From Candidatus Endomicrobiellum pyrsonymphae (lineage in GTDB: Bacteria; Elusimicrobiota; Endomicrobiia; Endomicrobiales; Endomicrobiaceae): a stretch of 42,587 nt of DNA. Positions within the stretch are counted from its first letter, which is position 1; every line of letters begins with the position of its first letter. The notes beneath the pieces are model-generated. The model worked only from the letters and a program-made list of their open reading frames with translations, did no database searches and was not told the origin of the DNA. Both the position numbers and the translations under genes were made by a program. Where the stretch lies: assembly GCA_020328045.1 (NCBI GenBank), contig JAIXMY010000001.1, forward strand, positions 1-42,587, in the 5' to 3' direction. Below are positions 1-11,008 of this stretch, piece by piece.

Positions 1-427
1 TCTGTAATGCTTCAACGATTACTCTTTCAGATTGCTTTATACTTTTTTCTGTTGTCGGCAAATCTTCCGGCATTGCTCCTCCAAATTCTTTTATTGCTTG
101 TCTTACTTTAGCGCCTACTTCGTGTTGCGTTAAACTAGCTTTTAATTTGCCTCTTGAGCCGTATCTTGATAAAGCAAAATCCTTTATTTTTCTGCTTGCG
201 CCTTTTGCAAGTGCTATCATTTTGTTGACGTCAACAAAATGATAGGCAGCGTAGGAACATACTGTTTTTGCCACCATTATCACTTTATCCAAGACATTCT
301 CAAAACTACGCCACTCACCATAACCAATCAAAGACGATAAATCTCTTGTATATCATCTTTTGATGCCTTCGTTGTCAATAAATATAATACTTTCAAAAGG
401 ACCTTCCTTTGTTTTCAGTCCTGTCAT
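1..427 (-). pseudogene. dinD: DNA-damage-inducible protein D (DinD) pseudogene, runs off window start
   Basis: Manual translation from ATG 427: MTGLKTKEGPFESIIFIDNEGIKR*YTRDLSSLIGYGEWRSFENVLDK...HFVDVNKMI...DFALSRY-GSRGKLKASLTQHEVGAKVRQAIKEFGGAMPEDLPTTEKSIKQ. In-frame TGA at 353-355. The N-terminal (HFVxVNKM, LSRY) and C-terminal (HxEVGxKVRxxIKExGGxMPEDLPT) DinD blocks are joined, so the middle is deleted. Confidence 0.8.
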
Positions 428-517
428 TTTTATTTTATCTCTCGTTTATCTAACAATCCCGGTAAGTAACGAGTTGAAAACTTCGACTATTTGGGCAGTG
501 TGTGAAATTGTATCCGT

Positions 518-3025
<2,508 letters not shown>

Positions 3026-3052
3026 TTAATTTTGATTTTGAAGATAAAAATA

Positions 3053-3325
3053 CTATCCTGCTTTTATTTTTATATCTTTTATTTTTGAACTTCCAATGTA
3101 TTGATTTATTTTCTTTATTATCTCTTTTTTGCGCAAAGTAAGCTCGCAACTTGCAACAGAACTTTGCGTTTTTGTAAAAATAACGCCATTTTTATAACCG
3201 GTTATCTCAATACCATCTATGCCTACTTCTTTTTGCCAAACTTTTTCTACAGTAAAAAACTCTTCTTCCATTCCAAGCCGTTTTCTTAACAAATTGATTA
3301 TTTCTGCAGCTTGGGTCCAAACCAT
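3053..3325 (-). CDS. DUF721/DciA-like replicative helicase loader
   Basis: 90 aa with W..EVG, S..SCELTLRKKEIIKKINQYIG pattern; position between dnaN and gyrB is typical of dciA. Confidence 0.65.
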   Translation of the reverse strand: MVWTQAAEIINLLRKRLGMEEEFFTVEKVWQKEVGIDGIEITGYKNGVIFTKTQSSVASCELTLRKKEIIKKINQYIGSSKIKDIKIKAG

Positions 3326-3326
3326 A

Positions 3327-4448
3327 TTAAGTCCTCATGGGCATTACAACACAAAGATAATTTTTATCTGTTTCAGGTATAATTGTTGCAGGGTTTAAAG
3401 AATTTTTAAATTCAAATATTGCAAAATCTTCATTAATGTTTTGTAAAACATCTTTTACAAAATTAGGATTGAAGTTAATCTCTGTAACTTCACCCTTATA
3501 ATTTACCTCTAGTTCTACTTCCCCAGACCCCAGTCCAGCCGTTGAAGCGGAAACTTTCAAAAGGTTCGAACCAAAATAAAATTTTACAGACGCAGATCTG
3601 TCTGATGAAGTCTTATCAGCTGTTAAAATAGCCATCTGTTTTACAGCTGCTAATGTGTCTTTTACATTTAGTTTTACCTTGGATTCAGATGTCTTTGGTA
3701 TAACTTGCTCATAATTAGGAAAAATTCCCTCAATTAGTGTGGACATGAATGTTATATCTTCAATCCCTATAGCTATTTGGTTTCCGGTAATTCCTATTTG
3801 CACAGTTTCTGCTTTTACATCTGAAGATAATAATCTCAATATATCTGTTATAGCTTTAGTAGGAACTATAGCCTTTCCCTTAATGTCTGTTTTTATTTTG
3901 CTTGTGTAAACGTAAGCAAGCCTTCTGCCATCAGTAGCTACCATTTTAAGTTTGCTGTCTTCTATAATGAAGTATACGCCATTTAAAACGTATCTCTGAG
4001 CGTCTTTAGACACAGCAAATATGGTCTTTTTAAGCATTGAAGCAAAAATTTCTGTTTTAATAGTAAAATTACTGTCTTTGGGGAATTCTGGTATTATTGG
4101 ATATTCTGTTTGTGAGATTCCCATAAGATTAAACTTAGATTTACCTGCTGTAATGTTAATTTGGTTTGTTTCGCTGGATTTAATTTCTATTTCTTCATCT
4201 GATGGTAATTCTTTGACAATGTCCGCAAATCTTTTTGCAGGTATTGTAATTCCTCCATCTTCTACAATTTCACCTTTAATATAACATTGTACAGCAATTT
4301 CCAAGTCTGTTGAAGAAAGTTTTATTTTATCTCCACTGGTTTCAAATAAAAAGTTGGATAATACGGGAAGCGTGCTTCTTGACGATGTTACAGGAAATAC
4401 TATTTGAATTCCTCTTATTAGCTCTTCTTTTTCACAAACTACTTTCAT
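3327..4448 (-). CDS. dnaN: DNA polymerase III beta sliding clamp
   Basis: LPVLSNFL, STDLEI, VATDGRRLA, FPNYEQVIP, C-terminal VVMPMR; GGAGG RBS. Confidence 0.97.
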   Translation of the reverse strand: MKVVCEKEELIRGIQIVFPVTSSRSTLPVLSNFLFETSGDKIKLSSTDLEIAVQCYIKGEIVEDGGITIPAKRFADIVKELPSDEEIEIKSSETNQINITAGKSKFNLMGISQTEYPIIPEFPKDSNFTIKTEIFASMLKKTIFAVSKDAQRYVLNGVYFIIEDSKLKMVATDGRRLAYVYTSKIKTDIKGKAIVPTKAITDILRLLSSDVKAETVQIGITGNQIAIGIEDITFMSTLIEGIFPNYEQVIPKTSESKVKLNVKDTLAAVKQMAILTADKTSSDRSASVKFYFGSNLLKVSASTAGLGSGEVELEVNYKGEVTEINFNPNFVKDVLQNINEDFAIFEFKNSLNPATIIPETDKNYLCVVMPMRT

Positions 4449-4481
4449 TTGCTACCTCCTGGTTTTATTAAAAACCCTTTA

Positions 4482-4657
4482 TAGTAATAATAATGTTTTG
4501 TATATTGTTGATAAGTTTTTGACAACCTCGAAAGAGTACATTTACCAAGTAAAATTTTAAAAACACGATCAGTGATAAATATGAGAGTAAAGTAGAGAAG
4601 TTATCCATATTGTTCTTGGGCAGTCGCATTATACAAATTTTTTAAAAGATATGCACA
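4482..4657. other. Candidate oriC core: degenerate DnaA boxes plus DnaA-trio tract upstream of dnaN
   Basis: Minus strand reads TTATCAACA (4514-4506), ATATACAAA (4505-4497), then TTA-TTA-TTA-CTA (4493-4482). Further near-consensus boxes: TTATCCATA 4601-4609, TTATACAAA 4629-4637, ATATGCACA 4649-4657. Confidence 0.6.
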
Positions 4658-4666
4658 GGCTCTCTC

Positions 4667-4729
4667 ATACTTTTGTCAGACGAAACAAAAGTATCAAAAA
4701 TTCTTGTTGCTGAGCGCATTCGCTTCATA
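4667..4729. repeat. Dispersed palindromic repeat, copy 1
   Basis: Perfect 10-bp stem ATACTTTTGT/ACAAAAGTAT (4667-4676/4685-4694); aligns over about 60 bp with 13233-13294. Confidence 0.7.
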
Positions 4730-4806
4730 TTTTTTAGGCAATTTTAGAACTTGCGAGAAATCTTATAAGATTTATAGATGATTTCGCTTCAAACAACTAA
4801 AATAAG

Positions 4807-4840
4807 ATAGTCAACTAGCTCCATAGAGTTAATTGACTAT
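4807..4840. repeat. Inverted repeat with TAGTCAA/TTGACTA termini
   Basis: ATAGTCAACTAGCTC-cata-GAGTTAATTGACTAT, 13/15 paired. Confidence 0.55.
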
Positions 4841-4932
4841 GAATCCTAATCTCGCGCTCTAAGGCGGCAAGACAACAAGGCAACGAGTCTCAAAGCCAAA
4901 ATATAAACTGCCACTTATTATAGCTTTCCTCT

Positions 4933-6285
4933 TTATTCCGCGTTGCGGATTTTTTTGATAATTTGATTAATTTTCGCGTTAAAATAAGGGTCTGAATTCA
5001 TCTTTTCTTTGATTTTATTACAAGCGTGCATAACAGTTGAGTGATCTCTGCCACCAAAAGCGTCTCCTATGGCGTTTGTGGAAAATTCGTCGGTAAGCGT
5101 TCTAGTCAAATACATTGCAATCTGCCTCGGGAATGCAATAGCGTCGGTTCTTCTTTTGGATTTCATATCTTTAAAGTCAATATCAAAATCATCAGCTATA
5201 GTTCTTTGTATAGATTCTATAGTTATACGTGCAGATTCGTCAGTTTTAATGATGTCTTTAAGCATTTTCTGTACAGAATCTACAGTTAATGGTGTACCTG
5301 TAAATAAAGAAAAAGCGGTGATTCTTAAAAGAGAACCTTCAAGTTGTCTGATGTTCGACTTAATGTGAGTCGCTATGTACAGAATTACATCATCAGGCAC
5401 ATATATTTTTTCTTCTTCGGCTTTTTTACGTAAAATCGCGATTCTTGTTTCTAGATCTGGTGGTTGAATATCTGCAATAATGCCCCATTCAAATCTTGAA
5501 ATAAGTCTTTCCTCAACACCTTCAAGTTCTTTTGGCGGTCTGTCGGAAGAAATAACAAGTTGTTTTTTTGCATTAAAAAGATTATTAAACATGTGGAAAA
5601 ATTCTTCTTGAGAACTTTCTTTGCCAACCAAAAATTGTATGTCATCAATCAACAAGCAATCGACGCTTCTATATTTGCTTTTAAAAAACGGCACTTTATC
5701 AAAGCGAATAGATTCTATAAATTCAGTAACAAATTTTTCGCAGGTAACGTATAAAACTTTTAAATTCGGATAGGTTTGCTTTACATAGTTGCCTATAGCA
5801 TGCATCAAGTGTGTTTTTCCAAGACCAACACCACTGTATATAAATAGAGGGTTAAATTGCTTTCCGGGACTTTTTGCCACAGCTTCGGCGCAACCGTGAG
5901 CAAACCTGTTGGAAGCGCCTACGACAAACCCAGAAAATATATATTTAAAATTTACTTGATCTCTCTGAATTGTTTGTAAAGGTATGTCTATGCGTTCAGG
6001 GATGCCTTCAACTTTTTTTATTATTTGTGACAAATCTTGTTGGGGTTTAAAATCTAAAACGACCTGTATCCCAGAGGCATCAGATAATGTACGTTCGATA
6101 TTCTTTTGCTGATTGTTTGTTATCCACTGCGAAAAATAAATATTAGGAATGCTTAGAGTAAAAACATTGTTTTCAAAAGTTAGGGGCTTTATAGGAGAAA
6201 TCCACAAATCAAAAGTTTCAGGAGTAACGGACATTTTAAGGTTATCCACAACCTTTTGCCACAAAGCAGAAATAGGAGTGCCCAT
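4933..6285 (-). CDS. dnaA: Chromosomal replication initiator DnaA
   Basis: FVVGASNRFA, FNPLFIYSGVGLGKTHL, LLIDDIQF, RLISRFEWG, RQIAMYL, GGRDHSTVMHA. Confidence 0.99.
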   Translation of the reverse strand: MGTPISALWQKVVDNLKMSVTPETFDLWISPIKPLTFENNVFTLSIPNIYFSQWITNNQQKNIERTLSDASGIQVVLDFKPQQDLSQIIKKVEGIPERIDIPLQTIQRDQVNFKYIFSGFVVGASNRFAHGCAEAVAKSPGKQFNPLFIYSGVGLGKTHLMHAIGNYVKQTYPNLKVLYVTCEKFVTEFIESIRFDKVPFFKSKYRSVDCLLIDDIQFLVGKESSQEEFFHMFNNLFNAKKQLVISSDRPPKELEGVEERLISRFEWGIIADIQPPDLETRIAILRKKAEEEKIYVPDDVILYIATHIKSNIRQLEGSLLRITAFSLFTGTPLTVDSVQKMLKDIIKTDESARITIESIQRTIADDFDIDFKDMKSKRRTDAIAFPRQIAMYLTRTLTDEFSTNAIGDAFGGRDHSTVMHACNKIKEKMNSDPYFNAKINQIIKKIRNAE

Positions 6286-6306
6286 ATTATCCTCAAGTTA
6301 TCCACA
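6242..6306. promoter_or_regulatory. DnaA boxes at the dnaA start (probable autoregulation or second part of oriC)
   Basis: Perfect TTATCCACA at 6242-6250 and 6298-6306; 1-mismatch TTATCCTCA at 6287-6295 overlapping the dnaA RBS. Confidence 0.7.
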
Positions 6307-6348
6307 GCCACGGATAATGTAATTGACAGTCATAAAAAATAAACAAAA

Positions 6349-7176
6349 CTACCCCTCCACGCGACAGATTGTATGTTTTTTTAATTCTTTTGTCAAACTT
6401 AAAAAATCTGAAATTGAGAGTTTATCAGGTCTTAAAAACGGGTTCAATTGCAAGTTATCCGTAATTAGGGTAGCATTACTTTTCTCCAAATCTTTAAAGG
6501 AACTGATGCAGTTTAAAATAGTTTTTCTGCGCATACTAAAAGCATACTTTACAAAATCAAAAAACATAGGGGCAGGTACGTCAGGTAGCCTGTTTGTAAG
6601 TTTGATAACAGAAGAAACAACTTTTGGAGAGGGATTAAAACATTTTGGCGAAACATCAAACAAAACAGCGCAATCGGCATAATATGATGTAAATATCGAA
6701 ATATAACCATAATCTTTACTGCCTGGTTTTGACGCGAGACGTTCGATAACTTCCTTTTGCAGCATAAAAACAGCCGTACTCCAAGTTTTTAAAGGCAGTA
6801 TTTTTTGAATTATTGCTGTGCCCATGTTATATGGTAGATTAGAAATTATCTTAAAAGTTGTTTTTTCTTTTTCTGAGGCATTATTCTCAAGTTGTTCTAT
6901 CAGAGTTTTCATATTGTATTTAAGAAAATCTTCATTTATGAGAGTGATATTTTCTGCATTGTGAAAAGTAAAATAATGATTTAACTGTAAAAATAGATTG
7001 GCATCTATTTCAATAGCTGTGAGATGATGTACTTGGGGCTGTATAATTTTTGTTAAAATGCCTTTCCCGGGACCAATTTCTAGAACAGTATCACGTTTCT
7101 CTAAATTAGAAGCTTTAATAATATTATTGGCAACATTATTATCAGTTAAAAAATTTTGTCCGTGTTTTTGACGCAT
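6349..7176 (-). CDS. rsmA: 16S rRNA m6,2A1518/1519 dimethyltransferase
   Basis: GQNFL, VLEIGPGKGILT, IISNLPYN, MLQKEV, F.PSPKVVS, AFSMRRKTI. Confidence 0.96.
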   Translation of the reverse strand: MRQKHGQNFLTDNNVANNIIKASNLEKRDTVLEIGPGKGILTKIIQPQVHHLTAIEIDANLFLQLNHYFTFHNAENITLINEDFLKYNMKTLIEQLENNASEKEKTTFKIISNLPYNMGTAIIQKILPLKTWSTAVFMLQKEVIERLASKPGSKDYGYISIFTSYYADCAVLFDVSPKCFNPSPKVVSSVIKLTNRLPDVPAPMFFDFVKYAFSMRRKTILNCISSFKDLEKSNATLITDNLQLNPFLRPDKLSISDFLSLTKELKKHTICRVEG

Positions 7177-7556
7177 TCACGCATTATGACATATTACTAT
7201 AAATTTCTAAAGCTAAATATTTAGCCATCACTTTGAAATGTTTGCCACGGGGTAACCGAGTTACACTTATTTTGTGTGTGGGTTTGTGCTATTGCTAAAT
7301 CAGATACACCGATATGATTATTACCTTTTTTTATGTTCTCAAGTTGAATAGTTTGCAATTCTTACCAATTAATGGATATTTCACATTTTTTATACTATTT
7401 AGCAGATTAGCAAGATCAAATTCTTTCTTGTGCAAAATAAGAGACTGGCTGACGAAGCAATAGCGATACTATAAAGATTAAACATAATATTAATTTTTCT
7501 ATACATTCATCGCGAATCCGTTCATAGTTGCCACAAAATATCAACAAGATTGTCAC

Positions 7557-9302
7557 TTAATTAGCAACAACATTAATGGCATTAAGAATTTTTACAATTG
7601 ACTCTTTATCTTCGCATTTTAAAATTTCGTCGGCAGTTTTTTGAACATCTGCTAAAGATACGCTTCTGATAACTCTCTTGATTATCGGAATCTTGGCAGG
7701 CGACACGCTAAACTCGTCAAGCCCCAACCCCAAAAGTATTGGAGTATAATAAGAATCGCCCGCCATTTCGCCGCACATACCTACATTTATCCCAGCTTCA
7801 TGACATCCATTTACAATCTGCTTAACAAATCTTAAAATAGCAGGGTGCAGAGGATCATAAAGATTAGCCACATTTTCATTTACCCTATCAACGGCGAGGG
7901 CGTATTGTATTAAATCATTTGTACCTATCGAAACAAAATCTACTTCTTTGGCAATCATATCAATTATCATGGCGGCAGACGGCACTTCTATCATTACGCC
8001 AATTTCCATTCCTTCATCAAACTTAACATTTTCTTTTCTCAAATCGACTTTTACTCTTTCAAGAATTTCATTAGCTTCGCGAAGCTCGTCAATTCCAGAT
8101 ATCATAGGATACATCAATCTAATTTTTCCATGCGCGGACGCTTTTAAAATACCGCGTAGTTGATCTACAAAAATTTTAGGATATCTAAGACATAATCTTA
8201 TAGCCCTTAAACCTAAAAATGGATTATCCTCCTGTTCGATATTTAAAAGTCCCATTTTTGCAAGTTTATCGCCGCCCAAATCAACAGTCCTTATAATAGT
8301 TGGATACGCAGACATTTCTTTAACTACTTTAGAATATTTTTCAAAATGTTCTTGCTCCGAAGGCATAGAATCGCGATTGAAATACATAAATTCGGTTCTG
8401 TAAAGACCTATACCAGTAGCCCCATTCTCTAATATAATTGCTACTTCGTCTGGGTTGTCAATGTTTGCAAAAATTGAAACCTTATGATTATCGGTTGTTT
8501 CAGCAGATAAATCTTTTAATTTTGTTAATTCCTTTCTTTTTGCCGACAGTTCATCGTACTCTTTCTTATATTTTTCCACTATTCCCAGAGTTGGATTTAA
8601 GATAATCTCGCCTTTATTGCCATCTAAAATTATAATATCGCCTGTCCTTACCTGAGAAGATACTGCTTTTAAACCTACAACTGCCGGAATTGCAAGACCT
8701 TGCGCCACAACTGCCGTATGCGAAGTTTTTCCACCGATATCAGTAACAAACCCTTTAACTAGTTTTTCTCTTAAGGCAACGGTGTCGGCAGGAGTCAAAT
8801 TGTGCGATACAACTATTGCATCTTCTTCTAGATTTGCGAAATTTTTTCTTTGTTTGCCTAAAAGATTGCCTAGAATTTTCTTTCCAACATCTTGAATATC
8901 AATTTTTCTCTCTTTAAAATAATCATCTTTTATAACTTCAAAAGAACGAACAATTTTATCTAAGACTTTAAAAACGGCATACTCTGCGTTAACACCGTCC
9001 TTTATAAGTTTATATGCGTCTCGTCTCAAGGAGGGATCATCTAAAATCATAATATGAACTTTCACTATATGAGAATAACTCTCCCCAAGAATATCGTGAA
9101 TTTTTCCGTAAATTATTTTAAGGTCAGCTCTTGTTTTCTCAATAGCATCATCTAAACGTTTCTTTTCGGCATCTCTTGCATTTGCAGGAATTTCTTTGTA
9201 AGTAAGGCAAAATTCATCATCTTCAAGAAGAAAAACTTTACCGATGGCAATTCCCGGAGATGCTGCAACACCCTTGAAAATTACGTTTTTTCTGTTAGAC
9301 AT
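7557..9302 (-). CDS. ptsI: PTS enzyme I
   Basis: GVAASPGIAIG, GGKTSHTAVVA phospho-His motif, GIGLYRTEF, EDNPFLGLRAIR, SIGTNDLIQY, CGEMAGD. Confidence 0.97.
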   Translation of the reverse strand: MSNRKNVIFKGVAASPGIAIGKVFLLEDDEFCLTYKEIPANARDAEKKRLDDAIEKTRADLKIIYGKIHDILGESYSHIVKVHIMILDDPSLRRDAYKLIKDGVNAEYAVFKVLDKIVRSFEVIKDDYFKERKIDIQDVGKKILGNLLGKQRKNFANLEEDAIVVSHNLTPADTVALREKLVKGFVTDIGGKTSHTAVVAQGLAIPAVVGLKAVSSQVRTGDIIILDGNKGEIILNPTLGIVEKYKKEYDELSAKRKELTKLKDLSAETTDNHKVSIFANIDNPDEVAIILENGATGIGLYRTEFMYFNRDSMPSEQEHFEKYSKVVKEMSAYPTIIRTVDLGGDKLAKMGLLNIEQEDNPFLGLRAIRLCLRYPKIFVDQLRGILKASAHGKIRLMYPMISGIDELREANEILERVKVDLRKENVKFDEGMEIGVMIEVPSAAMIIDMIAKEVDFVSIGTNDLIQYALAVDRVNENVANLYDPLHPAILRFVKQIVNGCHEAGINVGMCGEMAGDSYYTPILLGLGLDEFSVSPAKIPIIKRVIRSVSLADVQKTADEILKCEDKESIVKILNAINVVAN

Positions 9303-9310
9303 TTTTGCTC

Positions 9311-9574
9311 CTATTCACTAAAATTAGAACTAAACAAACTTTCTACCGCATTTATAACTTCATTTTCATCCGGACCCTCAGCAATAAATTTCAGTTCGCT
9401 TCCGTGGGTCGCAGCTAACGTCATAACACCCATAATGCTTTTTGCGTCAACCTCAAAATCATCTTTATAAATCTTAACTGCAGATTTATATTTACTTGCA
9501 ATCTGCACAACCATAGCAGAAGGTCTTGCATGTAATCCCATTTTATTTGAAACGACAATAATTTTCTCTTTCAT
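9311..9574 (-). CDS. ptsH: Phosphocarrier HPr
   Basis: GLHARPS (His15), DAKSIMGVMTL (Ser46); start moved to ATG 9574 (MKEKIIVV), 87 aa, to avoid overlap with EIID. Confidence 0.93.
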   Translation of the reverse strand: MKEKIIVVSNKMGLHARPSAMVVQIASKYKSAVKIYKDDFEVDAKSIMGVMTLAATHGSELKFIAEGPDENEVINAVESLFSSNFSE

Positions 9575-9576
9575 TT

Positions 9577-10365
9577 TTATATACCTAAATATGACATCAG
9601 AATACATGTCAATATTATAGTGTAAAATAAAAAGATTCCCCCAAACCTGCTTGCCACAAGTACTGAGCATACCAGTACGATTCCATACACAATAGCATCC
9701 TGCGCATTGAAATCGGGAAACATTCCATTAAGCCCAAAACCAAAAGTGCTGAAATACAAAACTAACGCAGCTATTGCAATTATAAGACCGCTGTAACGTG
9801 TCAACGTCAATAAAAACTTAAAACTTGATAAAACGAATATACTTTCCTTACCAAATTTAAAGCCTAGAAACATAATCCAATATCTAGCAGCAATATGAAC
9901 AACATTGTAAAGAACAATAAAAATAAAAGGAATCAAAATGCCATAACCAACAAAACGATCGTCTAACACTTTGACAAAAAATATCAACATAAAAATACTT
10001 ATAAATGAAATTGTAGGTCTTAATGTTCCAAAAAAAAATAAATCTCCCAGTGCCGCCAACGGACCCGCCATGGTGTCTTTTATGTTGTTAACATCAGGCA
10101 ATTTTGCATTGGTAACATTATCTTCAGCTATTTTCTTTTCCAAATTTGCAACAATTGCAACTACTACGCCCGACATGTAGGGATGCGTATTGAAATGACC
10201 TATATGTCTTAAAAGAGCTTCCTTCTTTTTATTTTCGTTTAAATAAACCTTATCTAAAAAAGGTTTTAATATAAACACAAATCCCATGTTTTGCATTCGC
10301 TCATAGTTCCATACTGTTTGTATGAAAAAACTCCTTACAAACATTCTAGAATATATTTTAATCAT
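9577..10365 (-). CDS. PTS mannose/fructose/sorbose-family EIID
   Basis: WNYERMQNMGF, HFNTHPY, MAGPLAALGD. Confidence 0.92.
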   Translation of the reverse strand: MIKIYSRMFVRSFFIQTVWNYERMQNMGFVFILKPFLDKVYLNENKKKEALLRHIGHFNTHPYMSGVVVAIVANLEKKIAEDNVTNAKLPDVNNIKDTMAGPLAALGDLFFFGTLRPTISFISIFMLIFFVKVLDDRFVGYGILIPFIFIVLYNVVHIAARYWIMFLGFKFGKESIFVLSSFKFLLTLTRYSGLIIAIAALVLYFSTFGFGLNGMFPDFNAQDAIVYGIVLVCSVLVASRFGGIFLFYTIILTCILMSYLGI

Positions 10366-11008
10366 AGTGCGAATTCCTCCAAAATGGAATTTTTACACTT
10401 TTAAAATTATATATCACCATACCAAAACCGGCTATCGGCATCAAATACCATGCCTTTTTAAAACCCAAGAGAACAAATTCAGGAAGTTGTGGATAAATAC
10501 TAGAATATATCCAACATCCGACGATCATTGCAAATATGCAAAACAAAAAAGCCCTTAAAACAAAAAGGAACAAACCGGTAATTACACCGGCATCTATCCG
10601 CCAATATTTTCCGCTCTCAATACCTTTTTCTATCCAATGCATTATTTTAGTATTAAAATTTCTTCCGAAAATATCTATTTCTCTATACAAATACGCAAAC
10701 GGTACAGCCAAAATAATACCCAGTATCACCTCTTCCTGAAAACCTAAAAAATATCTACAAACCCAAAATGTTGATAAAACACTTATGAGGGATACATCAA
10801 TAGGAACGGATGCGCCTAGAGGAATGGCATTTATCCATAACATTTCAACAATCATACCAATCCGAAGCCCAGTGCTGATATCTCCCATTAAAAAACCTAT
10901 AACTGGAGCGCAAAATATCGGACGACAAATCATGAATTGTCCAAAAGCAGTTATATCTGAACTACATAACGCCCCAATAAATGCAAGAAAAATAATATTT
11001 TCTGTCAT
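10358..11008 (-). CDS. PTS mannose/fructose/sorbose-family EIIC
   Basis: GQFMICRPIF.APVIGFLMGD...G.IVEMLW..IPLGASVP; hydrophobic; precedes EIID. Confidence 0.88.
   Translation of the reverse strand: MTENIIFLAFIGALCSSDITAFGQFMICRPIFCAPVIGFLMGDISTGLRIGMIVEMLWINAIPLGASVPIDVSLISVLSTFWVCRYFLGFQEEVILGIILAVPFAYLYREIDIFGRNFNTKIMHWIEKGIESGKYWRIDAGVITGLFLFVLRAFLFCIFAMIVGCWIYSSIYPQLPEFVLLGFKKAWYLMPIAGFGMVIYNFKSVKIPFWRNSHYD

Noticed and set aside
353-355. In-frame TGA at a Trp position in dinD suggesting UGA recoding
   Set aside because: Intact genes end in TGA (secA, lepB), RF2 is present with its UGA-dependent frameshift, and other pseudogenes have TAG/TAA stops and frameshifts
9575-9670. N-terminal extension of HPr in the ORF track
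   Set aside because: Overlaps the EIID 3' end; the ATG at 9574 gives a normal 87-aa HPr
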